From assembly GCA_021613535.1 (NCBI GenBank), contig CP075497.1:12524001-12588000 (forward strand): a stretch of 64,000 nucleotides of DNA, written 5' to 3'. Positions within the stretch are counted from its first letter, which is position 1; every line of letters starts with the position of its first letter. The position numbers and the translations under genes are program-made. The notes under the pieces are model-generated. The model was not told the DNA's origin. It made no database searches and worked only from the letters and a program-made list of their open reading frames with translations. This DNA comes from Adineta vaga (Eukaryota; Animalia; Rotifera). This document shows positions 21,718 to 33,772 of the stretch, piece after piece.

Positions 21718-24141
21718 ATGTTTCCCTTACCATTACTAACAACTAAACCAACAAAAGTCTTAGAATGTGATGAAAATACACCTGATTCACATGTTTCACG
21801 AGATTCACGATTAATTCGTTTAACAGGAATTCATCCATTTAATTGTGAAGCACCATTAAAACTTTTATATGATCATGGTTTTCTTACACCAACAGAATTA
21901 TGGTTTGTTCGTAATCATGGAGCTGTACCTAAAGTATTAGATGAAGAGATTTTCAATTGGACAATTCATATTGAAGGAATGGTTGAAAATCCGATGTCAT
22001 TGACATTGAATGATCTTTTAAAATTTCCTCAAATAACAATTCCAATCACAATGGTCTGTGCAGGAAATCGACGTAAAGAACAAAATATAATTCGAAAAGG
22101 ACATGGATTTAATTGGGGAAGTGGAGCAGTAAGTACAGCTTTATTTACTGGAATATTAATGAATGAAATTCTCAAAGTAATAAAACCAACCGACGAAGCA
22201 AAATACATGTGGATGGAAGGTATTGATCAACTTCCAAATGGTCATTATGGAACAAGTATTCGTTTATCAACTGCAATGAATCCTTCAATGTGTGTTATGT
22301 TAGCTTATAAAATGAATGGAGAATTATTAAGAGCAGATCATGGACGTCCTCTTCGGATGATTATTCCAGGACATATCGGTGGAAGAAGTGTGAAATGGTT
22401 AAAAAGAATCATTCTTTCTGATAAACCAAATGACAATTGGTATCATATATTTGATAATAGAGTTTTACCAACGATGATAACACCAGAAATGATTGAACAT
22501 GATAAATCTTGGTATTATGATGAACGATATGCGATTTATAATCTTAATATTCAAAGTGTTATTTGTTATCCAAATCATGATGAAAGAATTGAAATTGAAG
22601 AAGAAAAATTTTATAATATTCGAGGTTATGCTTATAATGGAGGTGGAATACGTGTTGGAAGAGTTGAAATTTCTCTCGATCAAGGTTATACTTGGAAATT
22701 AACAACTATTAATTATCCAGAAGACCTTTATAGACAAAGTAAAAGTAATGAAGAACTTTTTGGAGGAAAATTAGATATGTCAAAAAGAGAAAATTGTTTT
22801 TGTTGGTGTTTTTGGAATATTGAAATTTCAATTAAAGAACTTTCACAAGCAAAAGATATTGTTGTTCGAGCAATGGATGAATATATGAATATTCAACCAA
22901 GAGATATTTATTGGAATATTCTTTCAATGTTAAATAATTGTTGGCATAGATTAACAATTATTCAGGATATAAATACAAATGATTTACTATTTCAACATCC
23001 AACTGTACCTGGAGTAACAAAAGGAGGATGGATGGAATCTATTAAAGATCAAAGTGGAAATCTTACGGATGGATTTTGGGGTTTAAGAAATATGAATTCA
23101 TTATCATTAGAAAATAAATCATTCGATAATGTGAAAATGACAAATGATTCAATAACACAATTGATTACAGAAGAAGAATTAGCGAAACATAATAAAGATA
23201 ATGATGTATGGATTGCAATCAATGGACAAGTTTACGATGTTTCGGAATATTTAAAAGATCATCCTGGGGGAAGAAATTCAATTCTAGTAACCAGTGGTAT
23301 GGATGCATCGGAAGATTTCTTAGCTATTCATAGTAATCATGCGAAATCAATGTTAATTAAATATCATATTGGAATACTTGAAAAACAAATAAATATTCAC
23401 CAAGAAATATTTCTCTCACAAAATCAATGGAAAAAAACGATTTTAAAAACGAAGAAAATTCTTAATCATGATACAATTCTATTAACTTTCCTATTAGAAC
23501 ATCCAAAACAAGTTCTAGGCGTACACATTGGAAAACATTTATTTGTTCGATGTACAACTCAATCAAAGGAAAAAGTTATTCGAGCATATACACCAATTTC
23601 AAATCCAAATCAATTGGGACAATTTGATTTACTTATTAAATTATATCGAAAAACACAAACACGATCAGCTGGGAAAATGTCTGCGTGTATTGATTTACTT
23701 AAAGAAGGTGATACAATTGAATGTAAAGGACCATTTGGAGATTTTGAATATCTTAAGAACGGAATTGTTTCAATTAATGGAATTCAAAGAAAATTTGATA
23801 AATTGACAATGATTGCTGGTGGAAGTGGAATAACGGGTATTTATCAAATATTTCAATCTGTTTATCAAGATGGAATTCAATGTAATTTGATTTATTTTAA
23901 TAAAATAGAAGAAGATATTCTTTTACGTGATGAATTAACATCTTTAAAACAAATTCAATATTCACTTTCATATCCAAAAACAAATTGGAATGGTTTACAT
24001 GGAGATATTTCTAAAGAACATCTACAAGATGTTCATCAAGGTCTATTACTTTGTTGTGGACCGCCAGAAATGATGGATGAAGTTTATCGAATTGCATCTG
24101 ATCTTGGATGGAATGTTAAAGATCAATTTATTCGTTTTTAA
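21718..24141 (+). CDS. niaD: Eukaryotic assimilatory nitrate reductase [NAD(P)H], fungal NiaD-like, intronless
   Basis: Moco domain RLTGIHPFNCE, FVRNHG, CAGNRRKE, DHGRPLR, GGRSVKWL; dimerisation domain RGYAYNGGG, CFCWCFW, NNCW; cytochrome b5 VYDVSEYLKDHPGG..FLAIHS; FAD RAYTP, GKMS; NAD(P) IAGGSGIT, CGPPEM. Single 807-aa ORF. Confidence 0.95.
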   Translation: MFPLPLLTTKPTKVLECDENTPDSHVSRDSRLIRLTGIHPFNCEAPLKLLYDHGFLTPTELWFVRNHGAVPKVLDEEIFNWTIHIEGMVENPMSLTLNDLLKFPQITIPITMVCAGNRRKEQNIIRKGHGFNWGSGAVSTALFTGILMNEILKVIKPTDEAKYMWMEGIDQLPNGHYGTSIRLSTAMNPSMCVMLAYKMNGELLRADHGRPLRMIIPGHIGGRSVKWLKRIILSDKPNDNWYHIFDNRVLPTMITPEMIEHDKSWYYDERYAIYNLNIQSVICYPNHDERIEIEEEKFYNIRGYAYNGGGIRVGRVEISLDQGYTWKLTTINYPEDLYRQSKSNEELFGGKLDMSKRENCFCWCFWNIEISIKELSQAKDIVVRAMDEYMNIQPRDIYWNILSMLNNCWHRLTIIQDINTNDLLFQHPTVPGVTKGGWMESIKDQSGNLTDGFWGLRNMNSLSLENKSFDNVKMTNDSITQLITEEELAKHNKDNDVWIAINGQVYDVSEYLKDHPGGRNSILVTSGMDASEDFLAIHSNHAKSMLIKYHIGILEKQINIHQEIFLSQNQWKKTILKTKKILNHDTILLTFLLEHPKQVLGVHIGKHLFVRCTTQSKEKVIRAYTPISNPNQLGQFDLLIKLYRKTQTRSAGKMSACIDLLKEGDTIECKGPFGDFEYLKNGIVSINGIQRKFDKLTMIAGGSGITGIYQIFQSVYQDGIQCNLIYFNKIEEDILLRDELTSLKQIQYSLSYPKTNWNGLHGDISKEHLQDVHQGLLLCCGPPEMMDEVYRIASDLGWNVKDQFIRF

Positions 24142-24484
24142 AACATTTATGAACATAAGACATTAGCGCCATCTACATTTAATCTTATTATGAAATATTG
24201 TAAACATAAATTGTCTGATGAAGAAGAAAATCTCTTTTTTTTCTATCAAAGTTATTTAAGAAAAATATTTTCATTAGAAAAAGAAGCTCATTTTGATTAG
24301 TTAAAATATTTATCAAGTAGGAAAATTCTTTGGAAATATCTTTGTTTAGTAACAGATGTAATTTAGTCAGTCTGATCATTCATAGAAATATTTCGTTTTA
24401 AAAATAGTACGAAAAAACAATCTTGATAAATCTTATACGAATATTTTATCAAGATTTCATCTTCGAATTTTTTGTATATAAATT

Positions 24485-25004
24485 ATGTAAGTCTTATTTA
24501 TATTTAAATATATTCAATTATTGATTTTCTTTTTTTTTTAAAATAGGAAACGACATCATGAAGACAATCCTTATTCATCAACTGATAGTGGTGGTGGAAA
24601 TGTTACAACACATTCAATACCAAAACGAATGGCAATAAGAACTGATTTACAAACAAAGTAAGTTTTATTTTCTTTTAAATAAACAAAATAATTTGTATAA
24701 TTTTATGAATAGTTATTCTCCATCAGAAAATTATTCTCCACCAAGTTCAACTGAATCAGATTCTTCATCATCTTCATCAATAAATTCATCGAATCCATTG
24801 AATTTAATTCATTCACAATTATGTATATGTCCTAATCAAGATTGTGTTATTCATGATCGTCAACGTTTAATGAATATTCCAACAGAATTAACTCATACAT
24901 TAAATCCAACTTATGGAAATAAAAATCTTCTACTCTATTATGCACATTTGGAACGATGTCGTCGACATGGATTAACTCTTCATCAGAATTCTTCTTCATC
25001 TTAA
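24485..25004 (+). CDS. FAM104/VCF1-like small nuclear protein; 3 exons, start codon split by an intron
   Basis: AT|gtaagt...aaatag|G gives MKRHHEDNP..PKR... Ser-rich TESDSSSSSSINS and the C-terminal helix YGNKNLLLYYAHLERCRRHG resemble FAM104 (SSSSINS; Y..IN..L..AHF..L..RG). Confidence 0.62.
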
Positions 25005-25131
25005 CTTTTATTTCTTGTTTTTCTTTGTATTAGCGCATGCTAAACATATACATAGTTCTATACATAAATATATATATTCACTTCTGAACAAAACGAAATC
25101 GAGATTCATTCTTTTTAATTCTAGATTAAAT

Positions 25132-26341
25132 ATGACAACACCTACAACACCATTCGCAACACCGGGTGAACCATTTGGTAATGATGATGGAGTCATTTCT
25201 TCAAGAAAATTAGACACCATCTGCTTATTTGATGTTGATGGAACGATAGCTTTAGCACGACAGGTAATTGTGGAAAATAGATTAAGTTCTGTAATGATTT
25301 TCGTTTTTTCAAGCTAATTACAGTAGAAATGGATACTTGTCTTCAAGAAGTTCGAAAGAAATGTCTGATTGGTCTTGTAGGTGGATCAGACATTGTTAAA
25401 ATTGTTGAACAAATCGGTGGAACAAATGGTTTGTTTTGTTTTAATGAAATTTCTTTTCTGAAGAAAATCTTTCGTTTTAGCTATAGCAAAATATGATTAT
25501 GTATTTGCAGAAAATGGTCTTGTTGCTTATAAAAATGGCAACCTATTTTTTCAAGAAGTTTGTTGATTTAATTTTGAAAAATGAAAAATCTTCTTTTTTT
25601 TCTTTCCTTAGAATATTCAAAAACATGTTGGTGAAGATGATTTACAATCATTGATTAATTATTGTTTAAAATATTTATCGGAAATTAAATTACCATTTAA
25701 AAGGTTTTCTTTTTTCTTTTCAAAATACGAATCTTTTCTTTTTTTCAGAGGTACATTCATTGAATTTCGTAATGGTCTTATAAATGTTTCACCTGTTGGA
25801 AGAAATTGTACAAAAGAAGAACGAGATATATTCGAAGCCTATGATTTAGTAAGATTGTTCTTTTCGAAAGATTTTAGTTTCTAGTTTTTATTCTATAGGA
25901 ACATAAAATTCGTGAAACAATGGTAAAAGATTTACAAGGAAAATTTGCTCATTTAAATTTAGTTTTTGCAATTGGTAAAACTTTTTTTTCTGAAATTTTA
26001 TTGTTTTGTTTTTATTCTAGGTGGACAAATAAGTTTTGATGTCTTTCCTGAAGGATGGGATAAACGATATGCAGTTAAACATTTAGAAAAAGATAATGTG
26101 AAGAATATTTATTTCTTCGGTGATAAAACATTTAAGGTAAGAATGCATTTTATTATTTTTGAGAAAGAAAACGAGTTCGTATCATTTTGAAATCAAAGAG
26201 TTCATGAAAACGAGTTCTTTTGTGTAGGGTGGCAATGATTATGAGATTTATAATGATCCACGAACGAAAGGTTATTCGGTAACAAATCCGGTGGAAACTC
26301 GTGCTTATTTATGTGAATTATTTGGATTAGAAAAAGTTTAG
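25132..26341 (+). CDS. PMM2: Eukaryotic phosphomannomutase (HAD IIB), multi-exon
   Basis: [70 protein letters not shown]. Confidence 0.95.
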
Positions 26342-26436
26342 ATTTCCAGTATTTATTTAATCCTTTTTAAAAAAAACAATTTTATTTCTAAATTAAAAAG
26401 AAAGACACAAAAAAATACGATTCGAATAAAAGAAAT

Positions 26437-29400
26437 TTATTTCCTTTTTCTTTGAACTTTCTTCTGAGTTTGTTTTTCTTGTTTAAGTACACATGATGAT
26501 CTTCCTCGATGACTAATTCGTTTCTTCAACTCTTCTTCCATTGTTTTCAATTGATTTTTTTGATTTGGAATTGTTCTTTGAATCTCTTGAAGATACCAAT
26601 CGGGTAGAAAATTTCCATGTCTTTGATTTGATCGTTTCATTTGTGTATAACGAAAAGGAACACATGATGGTAAATCAAATTCGATAACTTTTCCAGTTAT
26701 TGGATCGATTTCTAAAGGTTGAGGAATATATGCAAATGCATGAATTGTATTTGGATCATCGATATGAATTGTTTGTTGAATTAATTGTAGAAATGAATAA
26801 AGATATGAAAGACAATATTTTAAATGTAGATCATAACGAGAAAGAAATTTTGAAATTAATTTTCGTATAGAAAATAAATCTAATTGTTCAATATTTCCTT
26901 GTGAAGATGATTTATAACCAATCATTAATGTATTAACATTTGCTAACCACATTTGTGCCCACCAATAAAGTGTTTGTAATTTATTTTCATCACGATAAAA
27001 GATTTTTTTATTTGTACATTTCATTTCAACATAACCAGGTTGAATTTCATTCTGAAAACGTTTTTTCTTATCAATGATTTCATTTTCATCGGTTTGAATT
27101 AATTCAAGATTTTCATTGATTTGTGCGACTTTTGATTCATCTTCGATCACTTCCTCTTGTTGTTGTTCTTCTTCTTCTTCTTGATTCCATTCTAAAACAA
27201 ATAAGAGAAAAAAGATGAAAATTAAATTTTAGAATTGAATAATTTACTCCGATTGTTGTGTCAATGTAACTTTGATTGAATCATCATCAACTTGTTTATT
27301 CGTATCTGTCTTTGGTATCATATCTTGATTAATTTCTCCATCAATTTCATTTGAATAAAGTATATTCAATTCTCCAAATTTCCAATATTGAACTGTATGA
27401 AATTGTTCTTGTGGTTTTTCTATTGGAATTTGTTCTTGCATTCTCGTTGTATTCGGTTGTTCTGTTGTAAATAATTGTTCAAATTTATAACCACTATATT
27501 CATCTTCCGTCATACTTTCGACATGTTTCGTTGCTTTATTTGCAATTGCTAAATAAAATTGTCCTTTGATTCTAACAACGAGTAATTTCCATGGTTCACT
27601 ATCACAATAAAGATTTGCTAAGATTGTTCTTAGAACTAATCTTCGACAGATAAATGTTGGTGGTTTTAATAATTGTGAATTGGTCGTGGAAAAAAGATAT
27701 TGTTTTTGTGAATACCATGAAATTAGTGGACGAAGATCAGTGCCATCATGAGAACGAAAATAATTCTCAGGATTTAATCGTGCTTTTTCTTTAAATTCTT
27801 CATAACCTCGATAAACATTATATGAACATTGAGTTCGTTCTTTAGGAATATGAACATAACGTTTGAATGATTTATCAAAATGATAAATTGGTTGAGCAAG
27901 TGACGCATCATATGAGATGTAACCGATCTCACGACGAAGACGTGACCATGTTTTAGGTGGTTCTCGTTCGTAATCAGATCGAAATAAACAAGGACCTAAA
28001 TTAACTGAAAATTTTTCCTTAGTTGTTATATCATAGATTTGATTCATATCTTCATTTAATAGAATTTCACAATTTGTTAAATCTAAAATAATGAAAAGTT
28101 AATTTTTTAAAAGTAAAATTTTCATCTTACCTCGATAAGTTTGTTCTTCATCGAAATCATTTTGAATTTCTTCTTCACCTATCGCAATTTGTTCATTTCC
28201 ATGAAATTGTAATTCTAATCCTTGTAAAGAATCTAATTGTTGATTTTCATCATTTTTTATTGACATATGTTTACAACGATAACGACGAAATGCTCGTGCA
28301 CTGATTTCATCACTTTCAATAAGAATTTGTTGAAGAGATATCGATGTTCCATCTTCTGGAGAATAGAGATAAGACAGAATTTCTTCAGGTGAAAGATTTT
28401 GTATAAGAATTTTGAAATCTTTCAATGACCATTGATGAGATTGATTTTGTTCATCAATTCCAAAGTTTTGTTTGATTTGAATTGAATCAATAATTGTTAA
28501 TAATTGTTGTTTAATATCATTGGATGATAAACTTAAAGTTTGATGAAAATCTGAATCATTTATTGAAAATAATTGACAATATTTTTCATCATTTATTGAT
28601 AATTTCATTTGAAAATCTTCTTTAATTGATAATTGTTCATGATCAGTATTTGGTAAACTGATTAAATAAGATAAAATTAAATTTTCTTTTAATAAATCTA
28701 ATGACCATTGAAGTGCTTTTAAACTGTTTGAATCAATATGAATTTGACTTTCATTTAGTGGTGAATATTCTTCAGAACAATGTTCCATTGGTATTGATAA
28801 TTGATATTCGGATATTCCTTCAACCCATTCAAGAACGATTGCAGGTTGATAAATACTTAATTTCGAATCAATCGAAGGAATATTCGAATCAATATGAAAC
28901 GTTTGAAGATCGCCATTATTATCTGGAAAGATATGTAAATCATCCGATTTTGATTCAATTGCAAATTTCATCTAAAAATTGAATAGAAGAAAAAAAAGTT
29001 TATTTTATTTCAAAATTCTTTTACCTGATTTCGAAATTCATCACCATGAATAAAATTCAAGTGATTATTATGATCATTTGTATCTAAATCATGTTTATTT
29101 TGTAATTGTTGTTGATCATTTAGATTGAATTGAATTCTTTGTTGATTAGAATTATCTAAAGAATATTGTTGCTCTTTATTTTGTATTGAATTAATATTTA
29201 AATGAATTTGTTTATCTTGTTGATCATCATTCCATTTGATTTCATATGTTTCATTTAATTCAGAATTTGTTTTCCATAAATCTTGATTTCCATCGGAATG
29301 AATATCATAAAGATAATTTGAATTATTTTCATCTTCAAATGAAATTTGTTGATTTTTATCTTCGAATTCAGAATTATCAAATTGATGTTTGAAATCTTCA

Positions 29401-29558
29401 TTAATTGTATCACTTGTCCAAATAAAATGACTTTCTAATTCTTTATCGATCAATGCTTGTGCTTCTTCATCATCGGCATCAATTAAATTATTATTAGCAT
29501 TTTTACGACGAAATCGTGGAACGATTTTTTTTTCTTTTTGTTGAAATTTGGTTGTCAT
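26437..29558 (-). CDS. DXO/Rai1-family decapping nuclease with a long acidic N-terminal extension; 4 exons
   Basis: FICRRLVLRTI, GYKFEQ, EQFHTV, NEIDG, YVEMKC and WWAQMWL match the Rai1/DXO motifs. Upstream exons 29558-~29046 and ~28971-28130 join through GT-AG introns. Confidence 0.78.
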
Positions 29559-29701
29559 ATGTCTTGTTTTTCTTCTCTCCTAGTGAAATAACGCATTGCA
29601 CGTGTCTTTTATTTTCATGTAATTACACAATCAGCAATCTTGCACAAAACTAAAGAAAGAATTACTTTGTGATTCATTTGACTTAAATTTCAGATAAAAA
29701 A
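29559..29701. promoter_or_regulatory. Compact bidirectional promoter region between the DXO-like gene and PRPF31
   Basis: Only 143 bp separate the divergent ATGs. Contains a CACGTG E-box (~29599) and a probable 5'UTR acceptor TTTCAG before PRPF31. Confidence 0.5.
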
Positions 29702-31610
29702 ATGTCGTTAGCTGATGAACTTTTGGCTGATCTCGAAGAAATGGGTGATGGTCAACAAAATTCTGTTGAACAGAATGATTACGCCATGGATACGGATCAA
29801 ATTCCAAGTGCAATTCATTCCTTACCAAATAAAAATAGTGTTCATGCTGTTGCGAAATTAAAAGATTCAATTTTATTAAAAGAAACAATGTATAAAATTG
29901 ATTTCCATACAAAACATCAACGAAAATCAACAATGGAAATTGAAGGGCCTGTTGAACATGATCCAGAATATTTACTTATTGTTGATGCAAATAATTTACT
30001 TGTGGAAATTGATAATGAAATTGATATTATTCAGAATTTTGTTAAAGGTATTTATCGAAAAAGATTTCCAGAATTAGAACAACTTGTTCAATTACCATTG
30101 GATTATCTGAAAACTGTTCAAGTAAGAATAATTTGCATTTTTTTCTTTCTTTCATTTTTCTTTCGTTTTAGGAATTAGGAAATAATGTTGATCAAGCAAA
30201 ACTGAATGAAAATTTACAGAAATTTTTAACTCAAGCAACAATTATGATTGTCAGTGTATCAGCTTCAACTACTCAAGGGTAAATAAATAATTTCATTCAT
30301 TTCATTTCATTTCTTCTGTTGTTCTTGTTTGTTTTTAGAAAAAATCTAACTGATGAAGAATTAGAACGTGTTTTGGAAGCATGTCAAATTGTTTGTATTT
30401 TCATTGTTTTTCAAATAATTCTTTTTAATTGAATAGATTTATTTTGTTTTTAGGCAATGAAATTAAGTGAAGATAAACAAATCATTTTAACATATGTTGA
30501 ATCACGAATGACATTTATTGCACCAAATTTATCAATGATTGTTGGAGCATCAACTGCAGCGAAATTAATGGGAATGGCGGGTGGATTAACAAATCTAACA
30601 AAAATGCCTTCGTGTAATATTCTATTATTGGGTGCACGTAAAAAACAATTAGGAGGATTTTCTACAACAGCTGCAATGCCACATGCTGGAGCGATTTTCT
30701 ATTCGAAAATTGTTCAAGATTGTCCATCGGTAAGTTATTTCGTAATAACGAATTTATGTTGTTTTATCAAAGAAATCTTTCTTTTTAGGATCTTCGAGTA
30801 AAAGTAGCACGTTTAGTAGCATGTAAAGTAACATTAGCTGCACGTGTTGATAGTTTTCATGAAAGTCCACAAGGTCAACAAGGAAAAGCTTTATTAAATG
30901 ATATCGAAAGACGATTAGAAAAATTACAAGAACCACCACCAGTGAAAGCAGTTAAACCTTTACCACCACCGATTGAATCGGGAAAAAAGAAACGTGGTGG
31001 AAGAAGACATAGAAAAATGAAAGAACGTCTTGGAATGACAGAATTAAGAGCTGGTGCAAATAAAACTGCGTTTGCAACAGTAAGAATCAAATCTTCGTTT
31101 AGTTCTTATCAAAAATTAACTTTTCTCTTGTTTTTTCTCCTCTAGATTGACGGAGATGCCTATCAGGAAGATTTCGGTTTTTCAAAAGGTATGATTGGAA
31201 AATCAGGTTCAGGAAAAGTTCGTGCTGCACAAGTTGATTCAAAAACAAAAGCAAAAATTTCACAAAAACTTCAAGTAAAATTTTTAATCTTATTTCAAAA
31301 ACAATCGTTTCATTTTTCCATCTTTTTTTAGAAAACTTTACAACAACAAAACAATGCATATGGTGGAACAACAACAGTTCATAATCGAAAACAAATTAGT
31401 GGAACAGCATCAAGTGTGGCATTTACTCCGCTTCAAGTAAGAATAAAGATTTGGATAAGAATAAACTTTATTGTTTAATTTTAGGGTTTAGAAATTGTTA
31501 ATCCAAATGCAATTGAAAAGGATCGAACTGGTATTGAAAGTCAAAAATACTTCTCAAATTCGTATGGTTTTGCGAAAACTAGTCCATCTGTTATTCCAAA
31601 AACAACTTAA
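29702..31610 (+). CDS. PRPF31: U4/U6 snRNP protein Prp31, multi-exon
   Basis: MSLADELLADLEE, DPEYLLIVDANN, KRFPELE, YVESRMTFIAPNLS, LAARVD, KKRGGRR.RKMKER, SGTASSVAFTPLQGLEIVNP. Confidence 0.97.
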
Positions 31611-33772
31611 TGTTATCTGTTGTGTACATAAATCATCACCAAGAATAGTTTATCATCTTTTCTGTTGTTGTTGATTGAAAGATGAAGGTTTTGTTCAAAT
31701 AAATTGGTTGGCTCTTTGAAAGAGAAAGTGTATTGGAAATAATTGTTGAACAGTCGTTTTAAAGAGCATTCGAAACTGTAATTATAGTGTAAAAATGAAA
31801 ACGGTTCATAGATAAATAATCTTGGTGGAGTGACCACTTCATGCTCTTTCAAAATATGTGTTTAGATTTTTTTTAACTTATGAATGGATTTATAAAGAAG
31901 GTATTCTTGATAGACTTGAAAGCAAATTTTGTTGGGAATGTTTCGTTCGAAAATCTTAGTTATTCATTTTCTGGACGTTTAAATATTAAAAAATATGCAA
32001 AGAGAAAGAATAATTTTGACTATTATTGTAATATGCTTGATTGACAGTCCAGGTGCTCGTAGAACGCACTGTTAGATACGATTTGGAAAAATTCTCATTC
32101 ATTATCTATGCAAAAATACTTGACATGAAAATGTACTTGAAAAATAAGGACGAAGTACTTTAACTAGTGATACATTATTATTCTGCATATATTCTGTACT
32201 TGAGGGTGAGTGTTTAACTTTCACTCGTTTTTCCTACTTTCTGATCGAAATTTCGTAGGGTGTTCGGTGTAACAACTATTGAAAATTTCGATTATTCTAT
32301 CACAAGATGATACGCAAATCGAATCTTTGAGTAGTTTTTCTGTAAATTCTTCGAGGACTTGAGCATAATTAGTTTTCCACGTAAAATATATTGCAGTTAT
32401 TACTTCACCAATGATCTACCGTATGATTATTTGAATAAAGCCATTTCCTACAAACAGAAATCCGAGAATGTTGTATAAGCTACTTTTGCTTAAATAATTT
32501 TTATGTACATTAAATTTACTGGAAGAATTTTTGTTTCTATATCTTATTAGAAAAAAATTGTCCGCCAAAATACCCCAATGCGTCAATCAGTAGCTATCAG
32601 TTTTATGGTTTATTACGTTTCATACGAATAAATCGCGAATATAATAGGAAAAAATGAAAGAAAACAGACCTAGTAAGATTAAGCGTGTTTCATAATTATT
32701 TTTTCAGAACAATGACCGCCGTAGAGCCTTCATATGCATGATAGGTAAAACTAACCTGTAGAGACACCACTTCGTTAGAAAACATTTAATTTAAAATATC
32801 TTTAAAAACCTTTTTAACACGAAATTGTTCATCAGATAGTACTAGGTATGTTTTATAGATACAGTTGAATATGAATTAACGCTAGTATCTAAAGATAGCA
32901 AATCAGTGTTATTTTGATTTTCGTTCTCTATAGGTCGATCGATAACAAAATCAGTAAAAAAGAAAAAAAAACTTAGCTGACAGCACGCCGAGTAACTATC
33001 ATCTTCTCTCTTCTACTTGAGTGCAAATGAACGTATATGAAAAGCTCCTAAAGATTTAAAACGATACCATATCTTTACAGGACAAATCATAATCCTCCAA
33101 AGTTATATAACGCTTATCTGTGATATTATAACTAAGATTCCCTTTCTCGTATAAAATAGTGTAGTAAAAATAGTTGTCTACTTGATTTTTTATTTGCTTG
33201 CGTTATGTACTCGCACTACATCGGCTAGTTCAAAAATCAAATGAAAATAAACAAATTACTTTACATAAGGGTTGGCGGAAGATTAAATAGGATTGACGTA
33301 CACGAGTCTGAGATCATTTTTTGCACATTGTATAGATAAAACTTGTTGAATAAGCAATTCGATCAAATGACAATTAAGTCATGCTAATTGATAATCCTAA
33401 TCATCAGTATGAGTTTAATTTTGATTGTATTACAGAAAAATCTGATGGAAATCAGCCAATATATTTTAAATGCGAATATATGAGTGATTCTTAATAGTTA
33501 TGCATAGTATAGTCATTATGATTGTCTTTAAGATATATGACACAGTACTCTTTAATTTAAAGTATATAGTTCTATTCTTTTAAGATAAAGCAACATCAGT
33601 AAATAATTACTTTCCAAATTTTCTATCTAATGACATTTCTGTTTAATTCAAAGAATGCTTCAAATCCAGTTTAGCACATATGAAAATTTCTTATAACAAC
33701 AGAATATTTATTAACAAAAAAAAACGAATTACATGATTGTTTTATTAAATTATCAACAAAAACTTCCTATTA

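Noticed and set aside
24419-24457. Inverted repeat AATCTTGATAAA...TTTATCAAGATT
   Set aside because: AT-rich and short; it could be promoter GATA sites but cannot be distinguished from chance.
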